Shown: piece by piece, positions 57,177-64,000 of the stretch | Layout: each line of letters starts with the position of its first letter | Position numbering within the stretch: the stretch's first letter is position 1 | Assembly (NCBI GenBank): GCA_964474825.1 | Contig: CAYYWQ010000001.1 | Span: 741,609 to 805,608 of the forward strand | Direction: 5' to 3' | Length of the DNA stretch: 64,000 bases | Origin: an uncultured Candidatus Saccharibacteria bacterium | GTDB lineage: Bacteria; Patescibacteriota; Doudnabacteria; UBA920 | Made by a program: the position numbers and the translations under genes | The notes under the pieces: model-generated | What the model saw: only the letters and a program-made list of their open reading frames with translations | Databases searched by the model: none | What the model was told of the DNA's origin: nothing

Positions 57177-58229
57177 TTATGTTAAACCCAAAGCTTCAAA
57201 AATTTTATTAAAACGGTTTATGTAAGTGTGTTCTGTAATAGTGCGCTCAAATCCTGCTTTGGCAATTTTTTGCCTTTCGTCTTCATGCGCTAAATAATAG
57301 CGGCACTTTTCCGCTAAGTCTTTTTTGTTTTTAAAAATTACAATTTCCTTGCCGTCTACATAGTAGTCACGTAAATTGTCCGCATCCCCTGTAAGCAAAA
57401 AGCCGCCAGCGGCCGGGATTTCAAAAGTCCGCGCTTTTATTTGAGCCCGCCTAGCGCCGAGTAAGGACTGGATGTTAGAAATTAGATGTTTCAAATTTAA
57501 AAAATAACCTCCATCTTGTTTTTTTAGGAATAATTTTGCCAATTGTTTTGGCCAGCTGAAATAACTTTCAGTAAAATTTAAATTTATTTTAGAAGTGGAA
57601 AAAATTTCAAGCATAGTTTGCTCGTCAACAATCCCTCCCTCCCAACCCTTGCCAAAACCCCGGGCGGGCAGCCCTTGCGATTTTAAATAGCTCATAACAC
57701 TGCCACGATTACCATAATTTTTCCCAACAAAAGCAATATCTGGCGAGCTGACCGATAGGTTCCGAACTTGGCGAGGGGTTTGCTGAATGTTCGCCGCCCA
57801 CTGGGTCTTTACCACATTGTTTATTCCTAATTTACGGTATTTTTCCGGGGCCTCAGAGTCTGTTGTGCCAACCAAGGTAAACAAGGGCGCCCAAAAACGC
57901 GAAAACACGGACAAGCGCCAGTGGTCGTCCGCAAACCAGTTAAAAGTTTTTGTTTTGCCCGTAATATGCCTGACTGTGTCTCTTTTTAGCTCATTGTTAA
58001 ATAACATAAAAAACACCAGTTCCGGCTGTTGCTCGTCTACGGTCTGCAAAAGTTTTTTGTTAAGTTCGTTTCTTTTAGCCTCAATTAGGCCGTCGTCTGT
58101 GCCAAAAAAACTGGCCTGAACACCGGGCATATTTTTTAGCGTTTCAAAAAACGTTTGATATTCAATTGAAGATGGCCCCAATTCCGGCCTTCCATGTTCG
58201 TATTGTAATGCGGCGAATAAAACTTTCAT
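57177..58229 (-). CDS. CgeB family glycosyltransferase
   Basis: WFADDHW, AFVG..YG.R, SKINLNF, IKARTFEIPAAGGFLL and EHTY..RF motifs. Confidence 0.87.
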   Translation of the reverse strand: MKVLFAALQYEHGRPELGPSSIEYQTFFETLKNMPGVQASFFGTDDGLIEAKRNELNKKLLQTVDEQQPELVFFMLFNNELKRDTVRHITGKTKTFNWFADDHWRLSVFSRFWAPLFTLVGTTDSEAPEKYRKLGINNVVKTQWAANIQQTPRQVRNLSVSSPDIAFVGKNYGNRGSVMSYLKSQGLPARGFGKGWEGGIVDEQTMLEIFSTSKINLNFTESYFSWPKQLAKLFLKKQDGGYFLNLKHLISNIQSLLGARRAQIKARTFEIPAAGGFLLTGDADNLRDYYVDGKEIVIFKNKKDLAEKCRYYLAHEDERQKIAKAGFERTITEHTYINRFNKIFEALGLT

Positions 58230-58241
58230 ATAGTAATCCCC

Positions 58242-58298
58242 AATATACGAATAAAATTTAATATTCGAATTCGTATATTTGCGCTAGATTTGTATATT
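58242..58298. repeat. Intergenic inverted repeat with a duplicated arm
   Basis: AATATACGAAT (58242-58252) pairs with ATTCGTATATT (58269-58279); second copy ATTTGTATATT (58288-58298). Confidence 0.55.
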
Positions 58299-58303
58299 AG
58301 TGA

Positions 58304-59074
58304 TTAGTCTACGGTGAAATCTAAAATCATTGGCAAATGATCTGAAACTTCGTTATACGGAACTTCAAATGAAGTAACTTGAATTTCAGGCGAAGTAAAG
58401 GTATAGTCCGCAAAATGTTGCTTATTGTGGAAACGGTCCCAGGAAATTTTATTACGGGTGTTTTCTATTTTAAAATCCGCAATTAAATTACGGCCGCATT
58501 CTTGCAGAATTTGAATACTTTCAGTATTTGGCATTAAATTAAAGTCTCCGCAAAGAATTTTGGGAGCACTGCCCAAACTTTTCCAAATATCTGCCAATTT
58601 CCGGGACTGATCAAGCCGCTCCGGGGTATCCAGCTTCTCCCCCGGACGCGCAACGCCATGAAAATTGATTATTGATAAAGACTTGTTACCAACAATTAAG
58701 TTCAAAGTCTGAGCCTTAATAAAATGGTCGGCCAGCTCCTGGGTTTCCGCAATAAATTCACAACCACCGCTTTTTACTTTCAAACTTTTTTTAACAAAAA
58801 TTGCTAAACCGTGACTTACGGGCGCATTTATAACTCGCTCAAAATCACAGCCACTGCTACGCTCACAAAAAAATCCGTCAAAATTATTTAGCAGTTCACT
58901 TAATTCTTCAAACAAAAACATTCTTGCGCCCGAGCTAACTTCCGGCGCTCCGGGCTTTGATGAAAAAACTTCCTGAAAGCAAAAAATATCCGTGACCAAT
59001 AATTGTTCACGGACAAAATCCATTAAAGGGCCGTAAATTGTGCCGCCCCAAACATTTAAGCTAAGTAGCCTCAT
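58304..59074 (-). CDS. Endonuclease/exonuclease/phosphatase (EEP) family protein
   Basis: SLNVW, FCFQEV, GDFNL, ADY.F and SDHLP motifs. Confidence 0.9.
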   Translation of the reverse strand: MRLLSLNVWGGTIYGPLMDFVREQLLVTDIFCFQEVFSSKPGAPEVSSGARMFLFEELSELLNNFDGFFCERSSGCDFERVINAPVSHGLAIFVKKSLKVKSGGCEFIAETQELADHFIKAQTLNLIVGNKSLSIINFHGVARPGEKLDTPERLDQSRKLADIWKSLGSAPKILCGDFNLMPNTESIQILQECGRNLIADFKIENTRNKISWDRFHNKQHFADYTFTSPEIQVTSFEVPYNEVSDHLPMILDFTVD

Positions 59075-59083
59075 ATATAATTA

Positions 59084-59153
59084 AAAGATTGAATAATTGA
59101 AAATTGAAAGATTTTTGTGCTAATTTTTCAATCTTTAAATCTTTTAATCTTTC
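59084..59153. repeat. Inverted octamer arrays (gene-less hairpin) overlapping the gmd stop
   Basis: AAAGATTG AATAATTG AAAATTG AAAGATTT, then AATTTTTC AATCTTTA AATCTTTT AATCTTTC. Confidence 0.8.
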
Positions 59154-60172
59154 AATAGCTGCAAATATTTATTAAGGTCTAACCCAGCATCTTTAATATC
59201 CGCAGTAATCATAATTTTAACCAGTTCCTTAAATTTAACTTTGGGCTCCCAGCCCAAAACTTTTTTGGCCTTGGAAGCGTCACCCAAAAGCAAATTGACT
59301 TCCTGCGGACGGTAATATTTTTCATCTACCCCCACATACTTCTGCCAATCTTTTATACCAACCAAACCAAAGGCTTCGTCTAAAAATTCCTTAATAGTGT
59401 GAGTTTCGCCAGTAGCAATTACGTAATCGCCGGGCTTTTCCTGCTGAAGCATTGCCCACATAGCTTCCACGTATTCCTTGGCATAACCCCAGTCACGCTT
59501 GGCGTCCAAGTTTCCCAAATAAATTTTTTCCTGTTTGCCTGCCAAAATGGCAGCAATACCAATGGTAATTTTGCGGGTAACAAAAGTTTTACCGCGGCGA
59601 GGCGATTCATGGTTAAATAAAATGCCATTGCAAATAAACATATTGTAAGCTTGCCGATAGTTGTTGCAAATGTGGTGGCTAAAAACTTTTGCCGCGCCGT
59701 AAGGGCTGGCCGGATTAAACGGCGTGGTTTCTTTTTGCGGAGTTTCTAAAACGTCCCCAAACATTTCGCTGCTGCCTGCCTGGTAAATTTTTGTCTTCAC
59801 ACCGCTGTCTCTCACAGCGTCTAAAAGTCTTAGTGTGCCTAAAGCGTCAACGTTAGCCGTGTATTCCGGAATTTCAAAACTTACTTTAACATGACTTTGC
59901 GCGCCAAGGTTATAAATTTCAGAAGGCTTAATAGTTTTTATTAACTGGTTTAAATTAGAAGCATCTGACAAATCCCCGTAGTGTAAGAATAGTCGCTGCT
60001 TTTTTTCGTGCGGATCTTGGTAAATTTGGTCTAGCCGCTCAGTGTTAAAAACTGAAGCACGGCGCACTATGCCGTGAACTTCATAACCCTTAGAAAGCAA
60101 AAACTCGGCCAAATAAGATCCATCTTGGCCGGTAATACCTGTTATTAATGCAACTTTATTTTCTTGACTCAT
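59144..60172 (-). CDS. gmd: GDP-mannose 4,6-dehydratase
   Basis: [44 protein letters not shown] and RDWGYA motifs. Confidence 0.95.
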   Translation of the reverse strand: MSQENKVALITGITGQDGSYLAEFLLSKGYEVHGIVRRASVFNTERLDQIYQDPHEKKQRLFLHYGDLSDASNLNQLIKTIKPSEIYNLGAQSHVKVSFEIPEYTANVDALGTLRLLDAVRDSGVKTKIYQAGSSEMFGDVLETPQKETTPFNPASPYGAAKVFSHHICNNYRQAYNMFICNGILFNHESPRRGKTFVTRKITIGIAAILAGKQEKIYLGNLDAKRDWGYAKEYVEAMWAMLQQEKPGDYVIATGETHTIKEFLDEAFGLVGIKDWQKYVGVDEKYYRPQEVNLLLGDASKAKKVLGWEPKVKFKELVKIMITADIKDAGLDLNKYLQLLKD

Positions 60173-60249
60173 AATTCCTTTTTCCTAATTCTTCCTCACT
60201 TTACCATAAATCCCCTTTTATTTCAAGCTGTTTTACGATACAATACCCT

Positions 60250-60313
60250 AAAGATTAAAAGATTGAATAATTGAAAGATTGAAAGATTGAAAGATTGAAA
60301 GATTGAAAGATTA
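60250..60313 (+). repeat. Tandem octamer array (AAAGATTG x8) upstream of the four-helix-bundle gene
   Basis: AAAGATTA AAAGATTG AATAATTG (AAAGATTG)x4 AAAGATTA. Confidence 0.92.
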
Positions 60314-60325
60314 AGACACCATTCA

Positions 60326-60706
60326 ATGCAATATAATCAATTTGAAGATATCCCGGTTTGGCAGGAAACGAGATTATTAGTTAACAAAACTTACAAATTA
60401 GTTGAAAGTAGTCAAAAATTACAAAGAGACTACTCACTGGTTGACCAACTAAAAAGAGCAGCGATTTCTATTTTATTAAACATAGCCGAAGGTTTTGAAC
60501 GGGGCTCCAATAAAGAATTTGCCAATTTTTTAAGCATCAGCAAGGGTTCCGCTGGTGAAGTAAGAGCGATTTTATATATTTTATTAGATAATCAGTATAT
60601 TACCCAAAGCCAATTTGAGGAGACAAAAAAAATTGTATTAGAAATTTCTACGCATATAGCAAACTTCAGAAAATTTTTACTAAAAAACTCAACTTATAAA
60701 AAATAG
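60326..60706 (+). CDS. Four helix bundle protein (23S rRNA IVP / Avd-like family)
   Basis: FEDIPVWQ, DQLKRAAISI..NIAEGFER.SNKEF..FL.ISKGSAGEVR motif. Confidence 0.92.
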   Translation: MQYNQFEDIPVWQETRLLVNKTYKLVESSQKLQRDYSLVDQLKRAAISILLNIAEGFERGSNKEFANFLSISKGSAGEVRAILYILLDNQYITQSQFEETKKIVLEISTHIANFRKFLLKNSTYKK

Positions 60707-60707
60707 A

Positions 60708-60742
60708 AATCTTTCAATCTTTTAATTTTCAATTATTCAATC
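60708..60742 (-). repeat. Inverted octamer array downstream of the four-helix-bundle gene
   Basis: AATCTTTC AATCTTTT AATTTTC AATTATTC AATC, the reverse complement of the upstream array type. Confidence 0.88.
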
Positions 60743-60744
60743 AA

Positions 60745-61893
60745 ATGCGAATTTTATATATTATTACTCAAGCAGATGGAGGAGGCGCGCAAAATTATAC
60801 CTTGGCATTGGCCAAGCATTTTAATGGCACTATTGCCGCGGGCGTGGAATCGGACAAACTATTTAGCGATGCCAAAAATTTACAACTTACAACTTACCCC
60901 TTACAACACCTTAAACGAAACCTAAACCCTTGGCATGATTTTTTGGCTTTATACGAAATAAGGGAATTAATAAAACAACTTCAGCCTGACATTGTGCATT
61001 TAAATTCTTCCAAAGCAGGCGTGCTTGGAAGCTTTGCTGCCATTGGCCTTAAGGCTAAAGCCGCGCCCAGTATCGGACAGCAAAGCTGGACTGGTACGCG
61101 GGTAGTATTTACAGCGCATGGTTTTATTTTTAACGAACCAATGCCCCTTTGGAAAAAGAATTTTTATTTAGCCGTGGAAAAAATTGCCTCTGATTACCGA
61201 GACTTCATTATTACAGTGTCAGATGCCGACAAAAAATCCGCCTTAGATAATAAGCTGATAACTGAAGAAAAAATTACAACCATCCACAACGGCTTACCCA
61301 AACTTAACTTTTTAGCAAAAGACGAGGCTCGCGACCAGTTAAAAATTCCCCAAAATGTCTTGGTTTGCGGTAATACCTCAAATTTTTACAAAACCAAAGG
61401 ACAAGATGTCTTTATTCAAGCAGTGACACAGCTTCCAAAGGAAATTTTAGATAAAGTCTTGTTTGTAATTTTTGGCAACGGCCCGGAATTTTCTAAACTT
61501 AAACCTTTAATCTTAAATCTTAAACTAACTAATTCCTTTAGGCTCCTAGGACAAACAAAAAACGCTTTCCAATACTTAAAAGCCTTAGACGTATTCATTC
61601 TCCCCTCCCGCAAAGAAGGCTTCCCCTACTCTATATTAGAAGCCATGCAAGCTGGTCTTCCTATAATTACTACTGCCGTTGGCGGCGTACCCGAAGCCCT
61701 AGGCACCTCCGGCATGTTAATAAAACCCGAAGACCCCAAAGCATTAGCAGGAGCCATTACTTACCTAATAGCTAATGAACAAAAAAGAAAAGAACTTTCC
61801 GAACTAGCCCTGCAGAGAAGCAAACTTTTCTCCGAAACAAGAATGCTGGAAGAAACAAAAGCTATATATCAACAACTACTTCAATCTAAATAG
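60745..61893 (+). CDS. Glycosyltransferase family 4
   Basis: GGAQ, HLNSSKAG, FTAHG, IHNG, KGQD and PSRKEGFPYSILEAMQAG motifs. Confidence 0.92.
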   Translation: MRILYIITQADGGGAQNYTLALAKHFNGTIAAGVESDKLFSDAKNLQLTTYPLQHLKRNLNPWHDFLALYEIRELIKQLQPDIVHLNSSKAGVLGSFAAIGLKAKAAPSIGQQSWTGTRVVFTAHGFIFNEPMPLWKKNFYLAVEKIASDYRDFIITVSDADKKSALDNKLITEEKITTIHNGLPKLNFLAKDEARDQLKIPQNVLVCGNTSNFYKTKGQDVFIQAVTQLPKEILDKVLFVIFGNGPEFSKLKPLILNLKLTNSFRLLGQTKNAFQYLKALDVFILPSRKEGFPYSILEAMQAGLPIITTAVGGVPEALGTSGMLIKPEDPKALAGAITYLIANEQKRKELSELALQRSKLFSETRMLEETKAIYQQLLQSK

Positions 61894-61894
61894 C

Positions 61895-61928
61895 AAAACA
61901 AAGGCTCGCACAAACGAGCCTTTGTTTT
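61895..61928. terminator. Bidirectional terminator
   Basis: AAAACAAAGGCTCG-CACAAA-CGAGCCTTTGTTTT perfect 14-bp stem. Confidence 0.85.
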
Positions 61929-61972
61929 ATTTTGGCCAAATTTTCTTTAATTACAGTATTTTTGACTAAAAT
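61929..61972. repeat. 44-bp imperfect palindromic direct repeat, copy 1
   Basis: ATTTTGGCCAAATTTTCTTTAATTACAGTATTTTTGACTAAAAT; 38/44 identical to 62801-62844. Confidence 0.8.
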
Positions 61973-61973
61973 T

Positions 61974-62714
61974 TTACTCGGCAATTTTACCCTGCAGCCA
62001 AACAATCCCGGTTATACTCATTCCGATTGTTGGTTCATTAAATAGCATGTTTTCTTTATTTGCAAAAATGTCCAAGTAAAAATAATCTTCCTGGGCGTCA
62101 TGGTTAATTAGTTTGGTTTTAATTATAAAACCTTCTATCTGCTGGTTTTTATATTTTTCAAAGCTAACGACCTTGCCAATGATATTAATGACACCCGACA
62201 TCAATTCGTGGTTGGGTGAATAACCTACAAAATCTTCCGAAAAATTATCGGGCAAAGGGCCAGTTTCCTTCAATTCGAAAGCAAGCCCTGTAAGATTTAC
62301 ATTAAATTTTTCAGTTGATTTATATACAGATTCATTTTTTAAAAAATCAGTGGCAAAAAACTTTAATCCGAAGGCGTCTCTACCCTTTCCTTCTATATCT
62401 GCCTCAATTCCGTTTACATGCTCCCATTCAGTAATCCCTTTGCAAACAAATGGCAATATAATCTCCGTTTTTAAAACGGGGAAAGTAGTTTCAATTTCGT
62501 GCTTACCGTTACCAATAGCCACACAATCCACTTTGCCCCAATTTTCAGTAGCCAGTGTGTAACCATTTATTATATTAGATGGCTTGTTTTGGAGAAAAGC
62601 TTTGGGCAAATTTTCTATAATTATTCCCGGGTTAGACTCTTTTGTTTTAAATCCATAGTATGCTCCCCAGTGATCCCCATGCGACCCCCTGTTTGTTCTT
62701 ATTATTTTAACCAT
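61974..62714 (-). CDS. Hypothetical protein
   Basis: 246 aa with HGDHW, FFATDF and C-terminal G..I.G.VWLQG; AT-rich. Confidence 0.75.
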   Translation of the reverse strand: MVKIIRTNRGSHGDHWGAYYGFKTKESNPGIIIENLPKAFLQNKPSNIINGYTLATENWGKVDCVAIGNGKHEIETTFPVLKTEIILPFVCKGITEWEHVNGIEADIEGKGRDAFGLKFFATDFLKNESVYKSTEKFNVNLTGLAFELKETGPLPDNFSEDFVGYSPNHELMSGVINIIGKVVSFEKYKNQQIEGFIIKTKLINHDAQEDYFYLDIFANKENMLFNEPTIGMSITGIVWLQGKIAE

Positions 62715-62800
62715 ATATTCCTATTTTAATTGGTTGAGGTTATAGTGATTTAATAATTATTTTGAAATTTTATAGTCTAACCAGACTTACAGTAATTTTA

Positions 62801-62844
62801 ATTTTGGTCAAATTTTCTGGAATTACAGCATTTCTGATTAAAAT
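62801..62844. repeat. 44-bp imperfect palindromic direct repeat, copy 2
   Basis: ATTTTGGTCAAATTTTCTGGAATTACAGCATTTCTGATTAAAAT; contains the stop codon of 62838..63938. Confidence 0.8.
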
Positions 62845-63938
62845 AAATTTATGGGGGAAAACTCAAAGTCATTGCTTGGTGTAAACCTATTTTTAAATTT
62901 AAATAATATTAAAGCCCAAACCAGGGCAACTGCAAGAAATAAATAAGGGGTGCTCTCTCGAAAAAACGCCGTGATAAATAAAGATAAAAAAATGACCGCG
63001 ACCGGATAAGCCATCCATTTCACAATGGTCTTAAATCCCTTTTTTATAAAAAGCTTCGCGAACTTCAGGTCATTACTTCGGCGGAATTTAAATTTAGAAT
63101 TTTCTGATGGCATTAATTTTATAATTTCCCTTATTATGCTATCGTCTTGGAAAATAAAGACTTCTTTCACTGGAAAACTCTGCCATTCATTGTAAAAACA
63201 ATAAACTTTGTTGGATTGAAAAATTTTTCTGTATAAAAACGAATTACAATGTATAATTTTGGATATTTTAGAAACAGGCAAAGAAAAGCCTCTTCGCCGA
63301 TCATCTACCAGTCGTCTGTAATTAAACCTACCGTTTTTCAAAGATTCGTCAGATAAATTATACAGATTAAAAGAACCATCCATTTCCTTTATTAACAAAA
63401 GCATTTGGCTTAAGTCTCTGCCCAAAAACTTATGATTCTCCAGTTCTGACATGGATGCATGTATCCATTTATAAAGCGGACGACTCCTGGTAAAAGCAGT
63501 GGCTATTATTTCCCCCACTTGGTTCTTGGCTTTAGCCTCTTTTTCTTGTTCATAACCGGCTATTTCATTTGCGCTAAAAACATTTCTGCTGATTTTATTA
63601 TTCTTAACAGTTATTTTTGAAACATCATTTTGAACGTCTTCCCCCTCAGCCATTAACTCACCAGATACCATATACCCTTTTGGCTCCAGAATATTTCTAA
63701 CAATATATTCCAGCCACTCCATATAGTAATAAAATTTTTCATTTCCGTCCCACACAATATGTTTTTTGTCAGGAGCTACCACCCATTGGCAGCGCGATTC
63801 CGGCTGGCCAAGTTTTTTACCTTCCTTATTTTCCGAAGCAAAAGATATCTTATTTAGATCCCCAATAGCAGAAACCGCGCTGTCATCCAGCGGCTTGCTA
63901 ATTTCTAATTGGCCAATAAATTCTGTAGTGTAACCCAT
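62838..63938 (-). CDS. Hypothetical protein with a conserved-looking N-terminal domain and two C-terminal TM helices
   Basis: MGYTTEF.G...QP...CQW...WDGNEKFYYYMEWLEYI...GY..SGE...EGED, then two hydrophobic helices near the C-terminus. Confidence 0.72.
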   Translation of the reverse strand: MGYTTEFIGQLEISKPLDDSAVSAIGDLNKISFASENKEGKKLGQPESRCQWVVAPDKKHIVWDGNEKFYYYMEWLEYIVRNILEPKGYMVSGELMAEGEDVQNDVSKITVKNNKISRNVFSANEIAGYEQEKEAKAKNQVGEIIATAFTRSRPLYKWIHASMSELENHKFLGRDLSQMLLLIKEMDGSFNLYNLSDESLKNGRFNYRRLVDDRRRGFSLPVSKISKIIHCNSFLYRKIFQSNKVYCFYNEWQSFPVKEVFIFQDDSIIREIIKLMPSENSKFKFRRSNDLKFAKLFIKKGFKTIVKWMAYPVAVIFLSLFITAFFRESTPYLFLAVALVWALILFKFKNRFTPSNDFEFSPINLF

Positions 63939-64000
63939 TTTAATAATACTTAAGTCTCTAGTTACAACCCTAAAATATCCTTAGGGTACCTTATGCTTTT

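Noticed and set aside
60250-60313. CRISPR array
   Set aside because: 8-bp tandem units without unique spacers, and no cas genes. The 44-bp repeats at 61929 and 62801 are separated by a whole gene, not a spacer.
60250-60742. Diversity-generating retroelement (Avd-like gene)
   Set aside because: No reverse transcriptase and no TR/VR pair differing at adenines was seen in the window.
1-64000. Alternative genetic code (TGA=Gly, as in Gracilibacteria/Absconditabacteria)
   Set aside because: Conserved genes are full length under code 11 and several end in TGA with ATGA overlaps (e.g. 15423, 17417, 53995).

Overview
Bacterial chromosomal window with the look of a Patescibacteria/CPR genome. This is an inference from the gene repertoire, the AT-rich starts mostly lacking Shine-Dalgarno (SD) motifs, and the pilB-pilC-pilMNO operon; TGA is used as a stop codon. 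From left to right: a partial AT-rich membrane-protein gene, a PadR plus PspC/DUF2807 envelope-stress pair, small membrane or exported proteins, holA, convergent tRNA-Lys(CTT) and tRNA-Arg(TCG), and a type IV pilus assembly operon. A ~47 kb, almost entirely minus-strand surface-glycan locus follows. It contains a WavE/BcbE-like module, a priming phosphoglycosyltransferase, RmlC, many glycosyltransferases, two MBOAT+SGNH O-acylation pairs, a UbiA/HAD/methyltransferase/polytopic-membrane module, a split WbdD-like methyltransferase and kinase, a pseudaminic-acid pathway, Wzm/Wzt, two HisF/amidotransferase sets, two Gmd and one Fcl. Main non-routine signals: (1) a four-helix-bundle (IVP/Avd-like) gene bracketed by inverted arrays of the octamer AAAGATTG, with gene-less hairpin copies of the same arrays at other gene junctions; (2) a DUF218-PseH fusion where PseG is missing; (3) two orphan genes each closed by a 44-bp imperfect palindromic direct repeat, a cassette-like layout; (4) a Xis/BldC-like HTH gene with three 10-bp direct repeats over its own -35; (5) two attenuator-like leaders near holA. 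No CRISPR array, rRNA, reverse transcriptase, integrase or transposase was seen. All family assignments come from motif recognition by eye, not from database searches.
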